Virus record (IMG/VR): IMGVR_UViG_3300021963_000030
DNA from: a virus
Length of the DNA stretch: 64,000 nucleotides
Strand: one strand, 5' to 3'
The notes beneath the pieces were generated by a model that did no database searches, was not told where the DNA came from, and worked only from the letters and a program-made list of their open reading frames with translations. This document shows, in pieces, positions 5,050 through 15,238 of the stretch (its first letter is position 1; each line of letters opens with the position of its first letter). The position numbers and the translations under genes were made by a program.

Positions 5050-5225
5050 GTCAAATTAAATTGAATAAAGCAGACGCACAAAAGAAAGTATATGAACTAA
5101 CCGAAAAGCTTCTTTATGTTAAGAAGGATTTTAAGGATGTAGCAGCCGGATATAAGGAAAAGATCAAAGAGATTGAGAACGAGATCAAGGCTGTTGTAGA
5201 AGAAGCTACTACCACAACGCCATAA
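5046..5225 (+). CDS. 59-aa coiled-coil hypothetical protein (not in the ORF track)
   Basis: ATGA overlap with the upstream stop; MSQIKLNKADAQKKVYELTEKLL...TTTTP. Confidence 0.7.
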   Translation: MSQIKLNKADAQKKVYELTEKLLYVKKDFKDVAAGYKEKIKEIENEIKAVVEEATTTTP

Positions 5226-5227
5226 CA

Positions 5228-5335
5228 TTACTTTTGTTTTTTACTTCGTTTCTTCTTGGGTTTATGATTCTTAGCAGGTGTCAAGCGGATGCTATTTATA
5301 AATTCTTCCGTCTTGACATTTAATTTTTTCTTCAT
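5228..5335 (-). CDS. Possible 35-aa basic peptide
   Basis: MKKKLNVKTEEFINSIRLTPAKNHKPKKKRSKKQK from ATG at 5335. Confidence 0.4.
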   Translation of the reverse strand: MKKKLNVKTEEFINSIRLTPAKNHKPKKKRSKKQK

Positions 5336-5340
5336 ATAAT
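5313..5340 (+). promoter_or_regulatory. Sigma70-type promoter
   Basis: TTGACA-16 nt-TATAAT. Confidence 0.8.
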
Positions 5341-5348
5341 TAAGTATT

Positions 5349-5741
5349 ATGGTAAAGACAAAAGAAAAAATCAAACGTAAGAAACGTATCAAAAAAGAAA
5401 TCGTTGTTGACCGTGAGATTTCCAAGCTAACAAAAGGTCTAGAAGTTATCAGTAGATCATACAGTCAAAACGGTAATCCATTTAAAATTTACAAAAACAT
5501 TCCAACCGAATTGACGGTGGATCATATGACTGAAAAGGGACGTAAAGTGTTGTCGTCTATATATCCAGACAGTCATGAAATTTATTTGGTCCAGTATTAT
5601 AGACCTGGTGAACCAACATATCCGCATGGCGGAGTAAAGATTTACAATAAAACCTTGGGTGAACAAAGGTGTGTTTATCCAGAAGCAGTAGTCAAACACA
5701 AAGACGTTGAGTATTATAACAAATCAATGGAAATAGATTGA
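5349..5741 (+). CDS. Hypothetical protein, 130 aa
   Basis: ORF directly downstream of a consensus promoter. Confidence 0.8.
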   Translation: MVKTKEKIKRKKRIKKEIVVDREISKLTKGLEVISRSYSQNGNPFKIYKNIPTELTVDHMTEKGRKVLSSIYPDSHEIYLVQYYRPGEPTYPHGGVKIYNKTLGEQRCVYPEAVVKHKDVEYYNKSMEID

Positions 5742-5766
5742 CATACAACTGTTTAGGTGATATTGT
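5738..5766 (+). promoter_or_regulatory. Sigma70-type promoter
   Basis: TTGACA-17 nt-TATTGT with TG extension. Confidence 0.65.
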
Positions 5767-5841
5767 AACGAGTCTGTAGGGACTGATAATCCATACAGTA
5801 AGTGATTATATCGATACCAAACATTAACATATAACATATAA

Positions 5842-6054
5842 ATGCAAACTAAGACTAAGAAGAACGAAAATACTACGAATACTGAGCCATCGCCTTGTTT
5901 TGTTGTATTGAGAAACGGTGCTCGTGTTTCAGATGAAGAATATACAAGCCGTGATGAAGCCAAGGCTGAATTCGATCACTGGAACAAGGTGATTACTCGC
6001 TGGCCTGATGGCAGTAAGTTAGAGATCGTTAACATTACAAAGAAAGGAAAGTAA
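5842..6054 (+). CDS. Hypothetical protein, 70 aa
   Basis: ORF with phage-like composition in a tightly packed operon. Confidence 0.75.
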   Translation: MQTKTKKNENTTNTEPSPCFVVLRNGARVSDEEYTSRDEAKAEFDHWNKVITRWPDGSKLEIVNITKKGK

Positions 6055-6057
6055 TAT

Positions 6058-6288
6058 ATGGGATTGCGTGAACAAATTAAGACTGCAAATTCTGAATCCG
6101 AAGTTTCTACTTTATTATCAAAGGGAAAGAGTTTTGAGTTTGCATCAGAACGAACCAAACAGTCTTGGAAGTCTACTGCAAGATTCAGACTTGCGCAATT
6201 GACTAACGGAGTTACAGCACAAACTCCAGAAAAGTCAGTTGAGTCCAAGAAGACCAAGAAGAAGTCTTCTAGTAAAAAGACGGATTAA
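6058..6288 (+). CDS. Hypothetical basic protein, 76 aa
   Basis: AAAGGAAA ribosome-binding site upstream; terminator downstream. Confidence 0.75.
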   Translation: MGLREQIKTANSESEVSTLLSKGKSFEFASERTKQSWKSTARFRLAQLTNGVTAQTPEKSVESKKTKKKSSSKKTD

Positions 6289-6318
6289 TAAATAGTAGTA
6301 ACAGTTAAGTTAAACGAC

Positions 6319-6353
6319 AAGGGCGCCAAAATAATGGCGCCCTTATTGTTTTT
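6319..6353 (+). terminator. Intrinsic terminator
   Basis: AAGGGCGCC/GGCGCCCTT hairpin with a T-rich tail. Confidence 0.8.
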
Positions 6354-6372
6354 GTAGCAGATATTTATTAAC

Positions 6373-6747
6373 ATGGCAAAGAGGTTTCAAACAAAAACGA
6401 TTCCATCGGAATTCAAAACGATGGATGAGTATGTTACAAAGCACAAATCGGAATTGACAGAACAAGTTATAACTGCAATAGAGTTTGCTTTAAAAAACAA
6501 TTTGACAAATGTTGAAGTGTTTGACTTCAGTGATACTGATTTTATAGTGGTTTTGAATACATCTACATTCAAAGAGAATTTGGAAAACATTTATGATTAC
6601 TATATCGACACAGAACAATATGAGTTCTGTGAGCGTGTTTTGAACTTAAAACAAATAATTAACCAAGAAAAACCTAATGAGCAAGAAAAAAGACACAAGT
6701 CCAAAAGTTCCACAAAATCCAAAAATAAGGGACTCAATCCAAATTAA
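6373..6747 (+). CDS. Hypothetical protein
   Basis: ORF preceded by TATTTATT; helical EQYEFCERV motif. Confidence 0.75.
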   Translation: MAKRFQTKTIPSEFKTMDEYVTKHKSELTEQVITAIEFALKNNLTNVEVFDFSDTDFIVVLNTSTFKENLENIYDYYIDTEQYEFCERVLNLKQIINQEKPNEQEKRHKSKSSTKSKNKGLNPN

Positions 6748-7387
6748 AAGTGTAGACTTAACTGAAAAACAAAAACAGCTCATAGAAATATTACGAGATA
6801 AAAACACAAAGTTAGTATTTGTTGCGGGACCAGCCGGAACCTCAAAAACATATACTGCTATTCTCGCAGGTTTACATTTGATTAATGATAAACGTGTTAG
6901 CGAGATGATTTATATCAGAACAGCTGTTGAAAGTAGTGATAGTAAACTTGGATTTTTGCCAGGTGAAATGGACGACAAAATGAGTCCATATATACAACCT
7001 TTGATTGATAAGTTAGAAGAGTTGTTACCAAAGTCTGATGTTGATAAATTAAAGAAGGAAGAACGTATTCATGGAGCACCAGTAAACTTTCTTCGTGGTT
7101 TGAATTGGAATGCTAAGTGTATTGTTGCAGACGAAGCACAAAATATGACCAAGAAAGAACTAACAACTCTTATTACGAGAGTTGGTGAGTTTAGTAAGTT
7201 GTATGTTTGTGGTGACCCAGACCAAAGTGATATCAATGGCAAAAGCGGTTTGACTGCAATAATGAATATATTTGACGATCAAGAAAGCCGTGACAACGGA
7301 ATTCATATATTTAAGTTTGACGAGGATGATGTGGTTAGAAGCGGGTTGGTCAAATTTATATTAAAAAAACTCAAAAAGTTTAATTGA
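6677..7387 (+). CDS. phoH: PhoH-like ATPase
   Basis: GPAGTSKT Walker A, LGFLPG, FLRGLNW, DEAQN and GDPDQSD motifs. Confidence 0.95.
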   Translation: MSKKKDTSPKVPQNPKIRDSIQIKSVDLTEKQKQLIEILRDKNTKLVFVAGPAGTSKTYTAILAGLHLINDKRVSEMIYIRTAVESSDSKLGFLPGEMDDKMSPYIQPLIDKLEELLPKSDVDKLKKEERIHGAPVNFLRGLNWNAKCIVADEAQNMTKKELTTLITRVGEFSKLYVCGDPDQSDINGKSGLTAIMNIFDDQESRDNGIHIFKFDEDDVVRSGLVKFILKKLKKFN

Positions 7388-7409
7388 TTGATAATTATAT
7401 TTATAACAT

Positions 7410-9995
7410 ATGGCAGTATTAACTAATAGAGGTAGACTTATTTCGTCATTGGCAGAATATGACATAAACACATATTCTCCCTCTGACTTACTCGTCATTC
7501 AAGACTTATCAGCAAACGTGACCGAAAAGATAACGGTAGCAAACCTATCTAATGTCCTTTTGCAAGCAGCTGTTAATACACAGCTCAATTTTGGTGACAT
7601 AGACAATAAGTTTACAGGCTCATTTTTTGTTCCCGAAGACAACAGCCTTGGCTTTCCAGGAACATTGACCGTATTAGGACGATCTAGGTTGGGTAAATAT
7701 AATTCAATAACACCCATAGTCGATATCAATAGTGATACTCAAGAGGTTGACATAACTTGTGCTAATTTTGTTTTATCGCAGGTGGGAGGCCCTGGCCAAG
7801 GTATAGTTTTAAACGGAAATACTAGCATTGCTGCTCAGTTAGAAGTAGATTCTGATATTCTTGTTGGCGGAAATATAGATGCATCTCTTGGATCTGTATT
7901 AGCTGCTGGATTTGTTGGAAAATTAACTGGACCTGTGACTGGTAGTATTCGTGGCGATGTATATTCTGATACCGGAGTTCAGGTTTTGGAAAATGGATCT
8001 GGTGGAGTCAATACAGCATTCTTTTATGGAACTGCTAGTCGTGCTGATTCAGTCAAAAGCGCATCACATGCTTTAGTTGCTGATACCACACTTACTTGTG
8101 TAAGTTCCGTCACCAGTGCTTCATATGCACTATCTTCATCATATACAGATATAGCTGAATTATCAAATACTTCAAGTTACTTAGACTATACGATTGGAGT
8201 AAATAATGGAACTGCATCTTATGCTGTAATTGCTGCAAGTGCTTTGACTTTAATCAACCCACCTACCAGCGCGGTCAGTTCAAGTTACTCAGTAAATTCT
8301 TCTACTACAGATGAAGTTGCTGGTGATGCAACCGGAACTGGTGTAGGAACATTTAATATTGCATTTTTCTCACAATCAAAAGTTGCTTCAAATAACGGAT
8401 TTTTTCGTATTACGAACGGTGCCGGATTGGGTAATTATCAACAAATTCGAATTTCTTCATCTAGATATAATAATGGTATTGTTATCGCATCTAGAGGATA
8501 TAGTAGTAATAATCAATCATATACAGCATACTACAATCTAAACAGTTCAAAAAATTTGGCAGACTATCCAAATGTTTCTGGATATACAGTTGGTTCATTC
8601 AATAGTGGTAGTTTAATTTTCGCAGCGCCACTTGGTAGTTTTGAATTTTCTTCATCAACAAGAGTTGCTGTAGGATCATCAACTGAAACATATGGTTTTG
8701 TAAGTAGAAGGTCAGGATATTATTTCTGGCCATATATGGGTTCCAATACTCCAAGTAGAGATGGTTCTATAGGTATAGGTGTTCAAGCCCCCAATTCCGC
8801 TGACACTACCTCTGCTTTGTTAGGTAAGTTCCACGTTAGATGCTTTAGTTCAAGTAAAGCACATGTTGGTAAAGTAACTGGTCAAGCTTTGACTGGCACT
8901 GTAAAGTTGCCTGAGTATGCTATTTATGTGGATTATGGCTCTAGCAGTTACAGTCCAATTTTTAGTGTAGGTGCGTCTGGTTCTAATGCTGGTGATGTTT
9001 ATGTTGGTGGCGATATGACTGTTGCTGGAACATTAAATGCAACGCTTGGTTATGGAACTCAAACTGCAAATGCTTTCGCAGTAAGATATCCACTAGGAGC
9101 AATAACTTACGGAGATTACATTTTCTATTGTCAGTCTAATTTTACAAACAGAGGATACTTGTTCAGATTAAACCAAGTCACAAATGAAGTAACTAAAATT
9201 TTTGACGGAAATAATACTTTTTCTCCAGCAAGACAATTTTATGCTGGTCACATGGCACTTCATAATTTTGACAATAATGGTGTCCCGGGAGATTATATAG
9301 TAGTCGCTGATAGTTCATACATATATGCAATCGGAGCTTTGACTTCTGGAGCGCCAACAATCACAGAATTTTACGCCGGTGGAGGTAATTTTTATCAATA
9401 TAAATGTGCATATGTAGATGCATCATCCGGTCTGCCTGGAACTGGGGCTGGAACACCAACACGACCTACTTTTTACTTATTACCTGATTCATATCAAGCT
9501 GGTGGAAATACTGCTAATGCACTAACAATGTATAAGGTTTATTGGAATGGATCTGCATATGCTTATGCTCCAGTAGGAACAGCATTGGATATATTGAATA
9601 ATTCTCTTATATTGGGTAACGCAAATTTGGTGAGTATAAATGGCACCGTTAACTACGCTACAATAACTAACATATATAATCCAGTTAAACGTAGATGGTA
9701 TTGTATTAATAACAACAGTGGTATGTGTGATATATTCAATATCAGTGCGTATAGTTCTAATGATATTGGAGCATGGTGGGCACAAGCAGCTGGAACTAGA
9801 GATCCACAGTTGCAATATGTAAAGACTATCGTTATTCCACAACAAGGTTCTAATTACTGGACAGATTCTAACTGGGAATCATATGGTTTGGAGTATGATA
9901 CAACCACGGGTCAAGAAAAGTTCTGGACATGGAATCGTGTCAACAATAGTTTATTGACTGGTATTGTTGGTAAATCTCCGTGGTATGGTAGTTAA
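7410..9995 (+). CDS. Tail fibre or virion appendage protein, 861 aa
   Basis: Ser/Gly/Thr-rich beta-type sequence with ASYA-type repeats; aromatic-rich C-terminal domain; late motif at 7398. Confidence 0.65.
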   Translation: MAVLTNRGRLISSLAEYDINTYSPSDLLVIQDLSANVTEKITVANLSNVLLQAAVNTQLNFGDIDNKFTGSFFVPEDNSLGFPGTLTVLGRSRLGKYNSITPIVDINSDTQEVDITCANFVLSQVGGPGQGIVLNGNTSIAAQLEVDSDILVGGNIDASLGSVLAAGFVGKLTGPVTGSIRGDVYSDTGVQVLENGSGGVNTAFFYGTASRADSVKSASHALVADTTLTCVSSVTSASYALSSSYTDIAELSNTSSYLDYTIGVNNGTASYAVIAASALTLINPPTSAVSSSYSVNSSTTDEVAGDATGTGVGTFNIAFFSQSKVASNNGFFRITNGAGLGNYQQIRISSSRYNNGIVIASRGYSSNNQSYTAYYNLNSSKNLADYPNVSGYTVGSFNSGSLIFAAPLGSFEFSSSTRVAVGSSTETYGFVSRRSGYYFWPYMGSNTPSRDGSIGIGVQAPNSADTTSALLGKFHVRCFSSSKAHVGKVTGQALTGTVKLPEYAIYVDYGSSSYSPIFSVGASGSNAGDVYVGGDMTVAGTLNATLGYGTQTANAFAVRYPLGAITYGDYIFYCQSNFTNRGYLFRLNQVTNEVTKIFDGNNTFSPARQFYAGHMALHNFDNNGVPGDYIVVADSSYIYAIGALTSGAPTITEFYAGGGNFYQYKCAYVDASSGLPGTGAGTPTRPTFYLLPDSYQAGGNTANALTMYKVYWNGSAYAYAPVGTALDILNNSLILGNANLVSINGTVNYATITNIYNPVKRRWYCINNNSGMCDIFNISAYSSNDIGAWWAQAAGTRDPQLQYVKTIVIPQQGSNYWTDSNWESYGLEYDTTTGQEKFWTWNRVNNSLLTGIVGKSPWYGS

Positions 9996-10023
9996 TTCTA
10001 AAAATTTCAATATTTATTAACAT

Positions 10024-11322
10024 ATGGCAAGTTCATGTAATAGTCTCAACGTTCAGACAATCAAAGTAAGTCAACTAGCTCCTCCTAGCCGAGACATCAT
10101 CAATAACGATTTCTTTTTGATGATCGAAAGCGGATCGTCTCTTTATTCTAGAAGAGCAACATTTGGAGATTTACTTACTTACATCAATACAGCTGACGGA
10201 AGTTACACAGGTAGTTTTACTGGTAGTTTTAAAGGAAACTTCACATCTGGAAAAGTTACTGGAAGTTTTCTTGGTAACCTCAAGGGTAATGTAACTGGAA
10301 CCGCAAGTTGGGCCAATAGTGCAAGTATTGCAAAAACTGCTTCATATGTTTCAGGTTATCCAAGTGGCGCTGGAACTACAGACTATACAACATATTGGGT
10401 TGACGGAGATACAGTTGGAGGTAACGACTATATACGTAGATCGTCTACAATGACATCTCTAGGCGGTTCATGGCCTGCTACAACGGGTAGAAGTATTTTG
10501 ATGAGACCACTATGTGTAGGAACGCAAGGTGCTCTTGGTAGTGGATTGATTGGTCAACACTTGATCCAATTTTCATCGTCTGCTACAGCTGGAGGATCAG
10601 TGTTTATGTATGACATGGGTCTACAAAACTCAAATAACTACATAAGAACAGGCGCAAACTTTGCAATTTTCTATTCGGGTTCGTTTGATGCTGGTGCTTA
10701 TTCTGGTGCTGGAATCGATGCAATTTGGAGACCAGATACTGCGACTAAGACTGGTAGATATGGATTTGTAAGTTTTGGTGTAAGACAACGTTTGGTTGGT
10801 GTAGGTCATTTCCCAGCATCGTCAGGTGTTAATGCACAGTTACACGTTCATTTAAGTGGATCGTATGGATGGCCAGCATTTTCATATTCGCCTGGGTATG
10901 CTACGTTTAATCCTAATGAAAATGTATTCTTGGTAACATCTGGCAGTTCTTATACCAAGTTGTTGAGAGTGAGTGGTAGTGGTCAGATGGATGTTCGTGG
11001 AGATATCGTTGCATATTCTACATTCGCAACATCAGATGCACGTCTTAAGGAGGACGTTGCTCCTATTGAAGATGCTTACACAAAACTATCATCATTGAAT
11101 CCAGTGTCATTCGTCTGGTCACATACTGATCAAGCTGATTTTGGTTTGATCGCTCAAGAAGTTGAAGAAATTTTCCCAGAGTTTGTCAAAGATAACATGG
11201 ATGGTTATAAGACCGTTAAATATACATCATTCATTCCTCTATTGATCAAGACAATTCAAGAACAACAACAACTTATTGAAAGTTTACAAGACAGAGTAGC
11301 TACATTAGAAGAGGATCGATAA
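10024..11322 (+). CDS. Tail fibre with C-terminal peptidase S74 intramolecular chaperone
   Basis: SDARLKEDVAPI..LNPVSFVW..GLIAQEVEEIFPEFV followed by a coiled coil. Confidence 0.9.
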   Translation: MASSCNSLNVQTIKVSQLAPPSRDIINNDFFLMIESGSSLYSRRATFGDLLTYINTADGSYTGSFTGSFKGNFTSGKVTGSFLGNLKGNVTGTASWANSASIAKTASYVSGYPSGAGTTDYTTYWVDGDTVGGNDYIRRSSTMTSLGGSWPATTGRSILMRPLCVGTQGALGSGLIGQHLIQFSSSATAGGSVFMYDMGLQNSNNYIRTGANFAIFYSGSFDAGAYSGAGIDAIWRPDTATKTGRYGFVSFGVRQRLVGVGHFPASSGVNAQLHVHLSGSYGWPAFSYSPGYATFNPNENVFLVTSGSSYTKLLRVSGSGQMDVRGDIVAYSTFATSDARLKEDVAPIEDAYTKLSSLNPVSFVWSHTDQADFGLIAQEVEEIFPEFVKDNMDGYKTVKYTSFIPLLIKTIQEQQQLIESLQDRVATLEEDR

Positions 11323-11325
11323 AAT

Positions 11326-13251
11326 ATGTCTGCGATAACTAGGTTGAACAGAACAGGCCCAATCGCATTCTCCCAAATGACAATTGGGACACCATATGGT
11401 GCGATCAATAATCTGATTGATAACGTTGTTGGCACACCAGCATCTCAAAATATTTCGTTATCTGCATCGTTGGGATTGTTGATCAAAAATACAGGAGATC
11501 CAACAACTGACACAAAAGATTCGTTGGGTCTTGGTATTGGATTGGTAACACTCAATCAGTCAGCCGATGCAAGAATGAGTGAGTTTTATGGTGGTAATTA
11601 TTTAAGTGCATCTATAACCAAGTCTGGTTCCGCAACGGGTGTATGGTTTACTGAGTTTTATCCAGATAGTGTAGTTCCAAATGCCAACTATTTGACAAGA
11701 GAAACTTCAAGTAGAGTTTATAGATACACGGTATATTCAAAGCCAAATCCTCCTGGTAGTTCAACATTTAGACTTCAATATTCATACATAAGACCAAACG
11801 ATTCGGACGAATATATTACTCAACTTACCGATAATAATATTTACAAAATTGTTTTGAAGGACACGGTGTCTAATGCGTTTACATCTAGTCTTTTTACTGG
11901 ATCGTGTGCTGCTGGGTCTACCACTAGTCAAACTACATTATTTGAATCTAATAATACTACAAATTTTCAAGCTACTGTAGATTCTACAAGATTTTTTATT
12001 AATGCAAGTAGCACAATAAGTTCTTTTCAACGAAGTGATTTGAATAGTATTTGTAGTTTTATAAATACACTGATCAATACACCAGAGACTTATGCTTTAA
12101 GCGGATACACAAGAACGATACCTGTCGTTGGTTCTTCAGGAACCAGAACATTTTCAGTGGAGGGATTCATAGCAAATGTTATAGGTGGTGGTCGATATTT
12201 TGCGGGATACATTTTAGCAACCGGTTGTCCAGGTTGGCCAAATCTATCATATGCAGTTTCAGATTCACGAACTACTGCTGGAAGTGCTATTTTTAACATT
12301 TCTACAATTTCCGATCCGACTGCTGCTGGTAGTTGCGGTTCTGCTCCTACACTTACTATATCAAACACAGCAGTAACTCAAAGATGTGGATTAACTGCTC
12401 AAGTCACTGCAACGCCAACTGGACCTACACAAGTAAGATTTAGTGGTAGTGCTATATTTACAAATCCAGTAACAAATGCGTATAATGCGTCATTTAATCT
12501 GAACGTTGCTGCTCCTCCATATACATCAGACTGGATCAACACAGCCAACGGTATGTCACTGTATGCTGCTCCTGGTGGTATCGCACAACTTTTACCAACC
12601 TTTAGTCCAACCACGTTTACATTAGCTCCAGGTGCGACACAAGTTGTTAACTATGGATTTGGATTGGCATTTTATAATCAATCATATCAAAGTTCAAGCT
12701 TCTCAGGCAAAGCTACCTTCACAGTGTCTTTCCCAACTGCTCCAGGCGCACCATCTTATACTGGCACTGTAACTGCTACCATGGATAAATCAGTATGTTA
12801 TGTCGCAGCACCTCCTCCAGCCGGTGGTGGTGGTGGATGTCCAGCAGCTTGGCAATTGATGGAAACTTTGGAGTGTGGATTTATACCAGCTAGAGAAATC
12901 GAAGTTGGTATGCACTTACGTGACTCTGAATCTGATAAGTGGAACAAGGTAACTGTAGCTCATATTGACAGAGCACCAATTTATAGAACTACTATTAATG
13001 GTAATGATTTTGATGTTGATGACAGTCATAAATGGTATGCTGGTAATGGAGTATGGAAGGTGGTTACAGATGTTAAAAAGGGAGATAAACTTGAAGGTAT
13101 TGGTGGCATGGAGTTACATGTAGATGATAACATCTTGTTGTTTGAAGAAGAAGATTTTATGCATTTAAATTGTGAAAATAGTAGATTTGTCATGGGAACA
13201 TACGTAATTGGTCATAACTTCCCAGTCAAAAATGCAATCATAAAGAACTAA
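11326..13251 (+). CDS. Virion protein with C-terminal Hint (intein-like autoprocessing) domain
   Basis: GGGGG-C505-PAAWQ start, SHKWY block-B-like motif, terminal GHN631 followed by Phe. Confidence 0.75.
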   Translation: MSAITRLNRTGPIAFSQMTIGTPYGAINNLIDNVVGTPASQNISLSASLGLLIKNTGDPTTDTKDSLGLGIGLVTLNQSADARMSEFYGGNYLSASITKSGSATGVWFTEFYPDSVVPNANYLTRETSSRVYRYTVYSKPNPPGSSTFRLQYSYIRPNDSDEYITQLTDNNIYKIVLKDTVSNAFTSSLFTGSCAAGSTTSQTTLFESNNTTNFQATVDSTRFFINASSTISSFQRSDLNSICSFINTLINTPETYALSGYTRTIPVVGSSGTRTFSVEGFIANVIGGGRYFAGYILATGCPGWPNLSYAVSDSRTTAGSAIFNISTISDPTAAGSCGSAPTLTISNTAVTQRCGLTAQVTATPTGPTQVRFSGSAIFTNPVTNAYNASFNLNVAAPPYTSDWINTANGMSLYAAPGGIAQLLPTFSPTTFTLAPGATQVVNYGFGLAFYNQSYQSSSFSGKATFTVSFPTAPGAPSYTGTVTATMDKSVCYVAAPPPAGGGGGCPAAWQLMETLECGFIPAREIEVGMHLRDSESDKWNKVTVAHIDRAPIYRTTINGNDFDVDDSHKWYAGNGVWKVVTDVKKGDKLEGIGGMELHVDDNILLFEEEDFMHLNCENSRFVMGTYVIGHNFPVKNAIIKN

Positions 13252-13262
13252 TTTTTGGTTTC

Positions 13263-13292
13263 TTGACACATATATATTCTTGATGGTATATT
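13263..13292 (+). promoter_or_regulatory. Sigma70-type promoter for hsp20
   Basis: TTGACA-18 nt-TATATT with TG extension. Confidence 0.6.
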
Positions 13293-13369
13293 ACCGTCAC
13301 GACAACGCTCGAGTGAGGTTGTTAAGATAATAAGTTCAAACGAATTATTATAAAAAAGAAAGGAAATAT

Positions 13370-13849
13370 ATGAGTATTGTTAGATATAAAGTGCCTGCAT
13401 TGCGTCCTACTGTTAAGGACGATTTCGTAACCCCATTCGATAAGTTATTCGATGAGGTTTTCACAAATACCTTCCCAGAACTTACTAAGGATTTTGGAGT
13501 TGGGTTTTTCGAAAAACAAAGTTATCCCCGTGTAGATGTAATTGATTATTCTGATCGGGTTGAAATTGTTGCGGAAATTCCAGGCCTTGAAAAGGAGGAA
13601 GTTTCTGTTGATGTTGAGGAGAATTTACTGATTATCAGTGGACAAAAGTCCAAGACAATTAGTGAGGACGACAAGAAGACTTACATTCGTAAAGAATTGA
13701 AACACAGTAGCTTTAAACGTGCTTTTGTGTTGAGTGACCTATTTGATAAGGACAATCCGTCTGCTAAGTTTGAAAATGGACTTTTGACGGTCACTGTTAA
13801 GAAGGTTAAACCTACTCCACCAACAAGTAAGCGAGTAAAAATTGTGTAA
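13370..13849 (+). CDS. Small heat-shock protein (Hsp20/alpha-crystallin family)
   Basis: YPRVDV..AEIPGL..FKRAF..AKFENGLLTV alpha-crystallin motifs; AAGGAA RBS. Confidence 0.95.
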   Translation: MSIVRYKVPALRPTVKDDFVTPFDKLFDEVFTNTFPELTKDFGVGFFEKQSYPRVDVIDYSDRVEIVAEIPGLEKEEVSVDVEENLLIISGQKSKTISEDDKKTYIRKELKHSSFKRAFVLSDLFDKDNPSAKFENGLLTVTVKKVKPTPPTSKRVKIV

Positions 13850-13873
13850 TCTTTAAATAAATTGGTTATGTTG

Positions 13874-13899
13874 CCCGCCATTTTATATGGCGGGTTTTT
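13874..13899 (+). terminator. Intrinsic terminator
   Basis: CCCGCCA/TGGCGGG hairpin followed by TTTTT. Confidence 0.85.
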
Positions 13900-13922
13900 C
13901 GTTTACATTGATATTTATATTT

Positions 13923-15053
13923 ATGATAAAATTCAAACATCTAGTAATGTTTACTTCCATGTTGATTGCAGGATGTGCTGCATTCTTCAGTGTGTATGGT
14001 ATCGGACTACTATTTTCTGGCGCGGTCGTTGCCGCTGCAATTATGGCTAGTTCTTTAGAGTTGGGCAAGTTGGTAACTACATCATGGCTATTTAGATATT
14101 GGAATATTGCCAACAAATTGATGAAAACATATATGGTGACAGCTGTCATTGTGTTGATGTGTATTACTTCGTTGGGTATTTTTGGTTATCTTACAGCTGC
14201 ATACCAAAAGAGTTCGTTGGAGACAGAGTTGGCAAACACTAAGATTGCAACTCTTGAAACTCAAAAGAAAGAAGAACTCAAGAAAATTGAAACGGTCAGA
14301 ACTACCATTGATAAGTTATTGGCGTTGAGAAGTAGTCAAGAAGGTAGATTGAGTGAAAGTATGACAAATGCTTTAATTGCAAGAAATCCTATTGCAATGC
14401 AAAATCTTCAAAATCAAATCAATGAACAAATTGACGGATTGAACAAACAAGTAGAAACTGAAAATTCAAAGTTGAAGGATGCTTCTGATAAGTCTTCCAA
14501 GATTGACGATGAAATTTTTAAGTTGAAGATCGACAACAGTCAAAAGAAAGATATTACAACATTTAAGTTTGTGGCACAAGAGTTTAACTCAGACATCAAT
14601 ACTGTGGTCAAGTGGTTTATTATAGTATTGATCACCGTATTTGATCCATTGGCGGTTGTATTGTTGTTAGCTTATAATATGTCTTCAAACTATCGTGAAA
14701 TTACAGATGATAGAGAGTATGAACTTTACAAAAAGAAAGATAAGGATGCCAAGAAACAATCTGTGTATCCAGACTCTACTGTAGAATCGTCTGAGCCACC
14801 CGTTAAGGAACCTTCAAATGTAATTGAAAAGATTGTAGAGGTTGAGAAGCCTGTCGAAAAAATTATTGAAAAGATTGTGGAAGTTGAAAAGCCTGTAGAG
14901 GTAATTAAGGAAGTTGAAAAACCCGTTGAAGTCATAAGAGAAGTAGAAAAACCAGTGGAAATTATAAAGGAAGTTGAAAAGCCTGTTGAAAAAATTGTAG
15001 AAAAGGTTAAGAGAGTAAACACCCACGGTATTAGAAGATTGTTCAGCTTCTAA
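13923..15053 (+). CDS. Multi-pass membrane protein with coiled coil and C-terminal VEKP repeats (start revised to ATG 13923)
   Basis: N-terminal hydrophobic helices, central coiled coil, a further TM segment (WFIIVLITVFDPLAVVLLLA); TATTTATA at 13912. Confidence 0.85.
   Translation: MIKFKHLVMFTSMLIAGCAAFFSVYGIGLLFSGAVVAAAIMASSLELGKLVTTSWLFRYWNIANKLMKTYMVTAVIVLMCITSLGIFGYLTAAYQKSSLETELANTKIATLETQKKEELKKIETVRTTIDKLLALRSSQEGRLSESMTNALIARNPIAMQNLQNQINEQIDGLNKQVETENSKLKDASDKSSKIDDEIFKLKIDNSQKKDITTFKFVAQEFNSDINTVVKWFIIVLITVFDPLAVVLLLAYNMSSNYREITDDREYELYKKKDKDAKKQSVYPDSTVESSEPPVKEPSNVIEKIVEVEKPVEKIIEKIVEVEKPVEVIKEVEKPVEVIREVEKPVEIIKEVEKPVEKIVEKVKRVNTHGIRRLFSF
14823..15008 (+). repeat. Coding tandem repeat IEKIVEVEKPV / VEVIKEVEKP
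   Basis: Repeated EKP units with synonymous codon variation. Confidence 0.9.
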
Positions 15054-15100
15054 AATAAAAATCCGTTTTTCATAACTGTAACTATATATTACTGTTAACT

Positions 15101-15238
15101 ATGAATAACGAAGAGCTTTTAGAACTGCGTCGAATTCTTCTTGATGCTAACGAAAATAACGATTGGTCTACTGTAGAAGAGGCCATTGACTTTATTAATG
15201 AGTTTGTAGATATAGAAGACGACCCAGATGAAATATGA
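15101..15238 (+). CDS. 45-aa acidic hypothetical protein (not in the ORF track)
   Basis: MNNEELLELRRILLDAN...DDPDEI; ATGA overlap with the next gene. Confidence 0.7.
   Translation: MNNEELLELRRILLDANENNDWSTVEEAIDFINEFVDIEDDPDEI

Noticed and set aside
12838-13218. Canonical splicing intein
   Set aside because: The residue after His-Asn is Phe rather than Cys/Ser/Thr, only 10 aa follow, and there is no endonuclease domain
7410-13251. Diversity-generating retroelement acting on the fibre genes
   Set aside because: No reverse transcriptase and no template/variable repeat pair seen in this window
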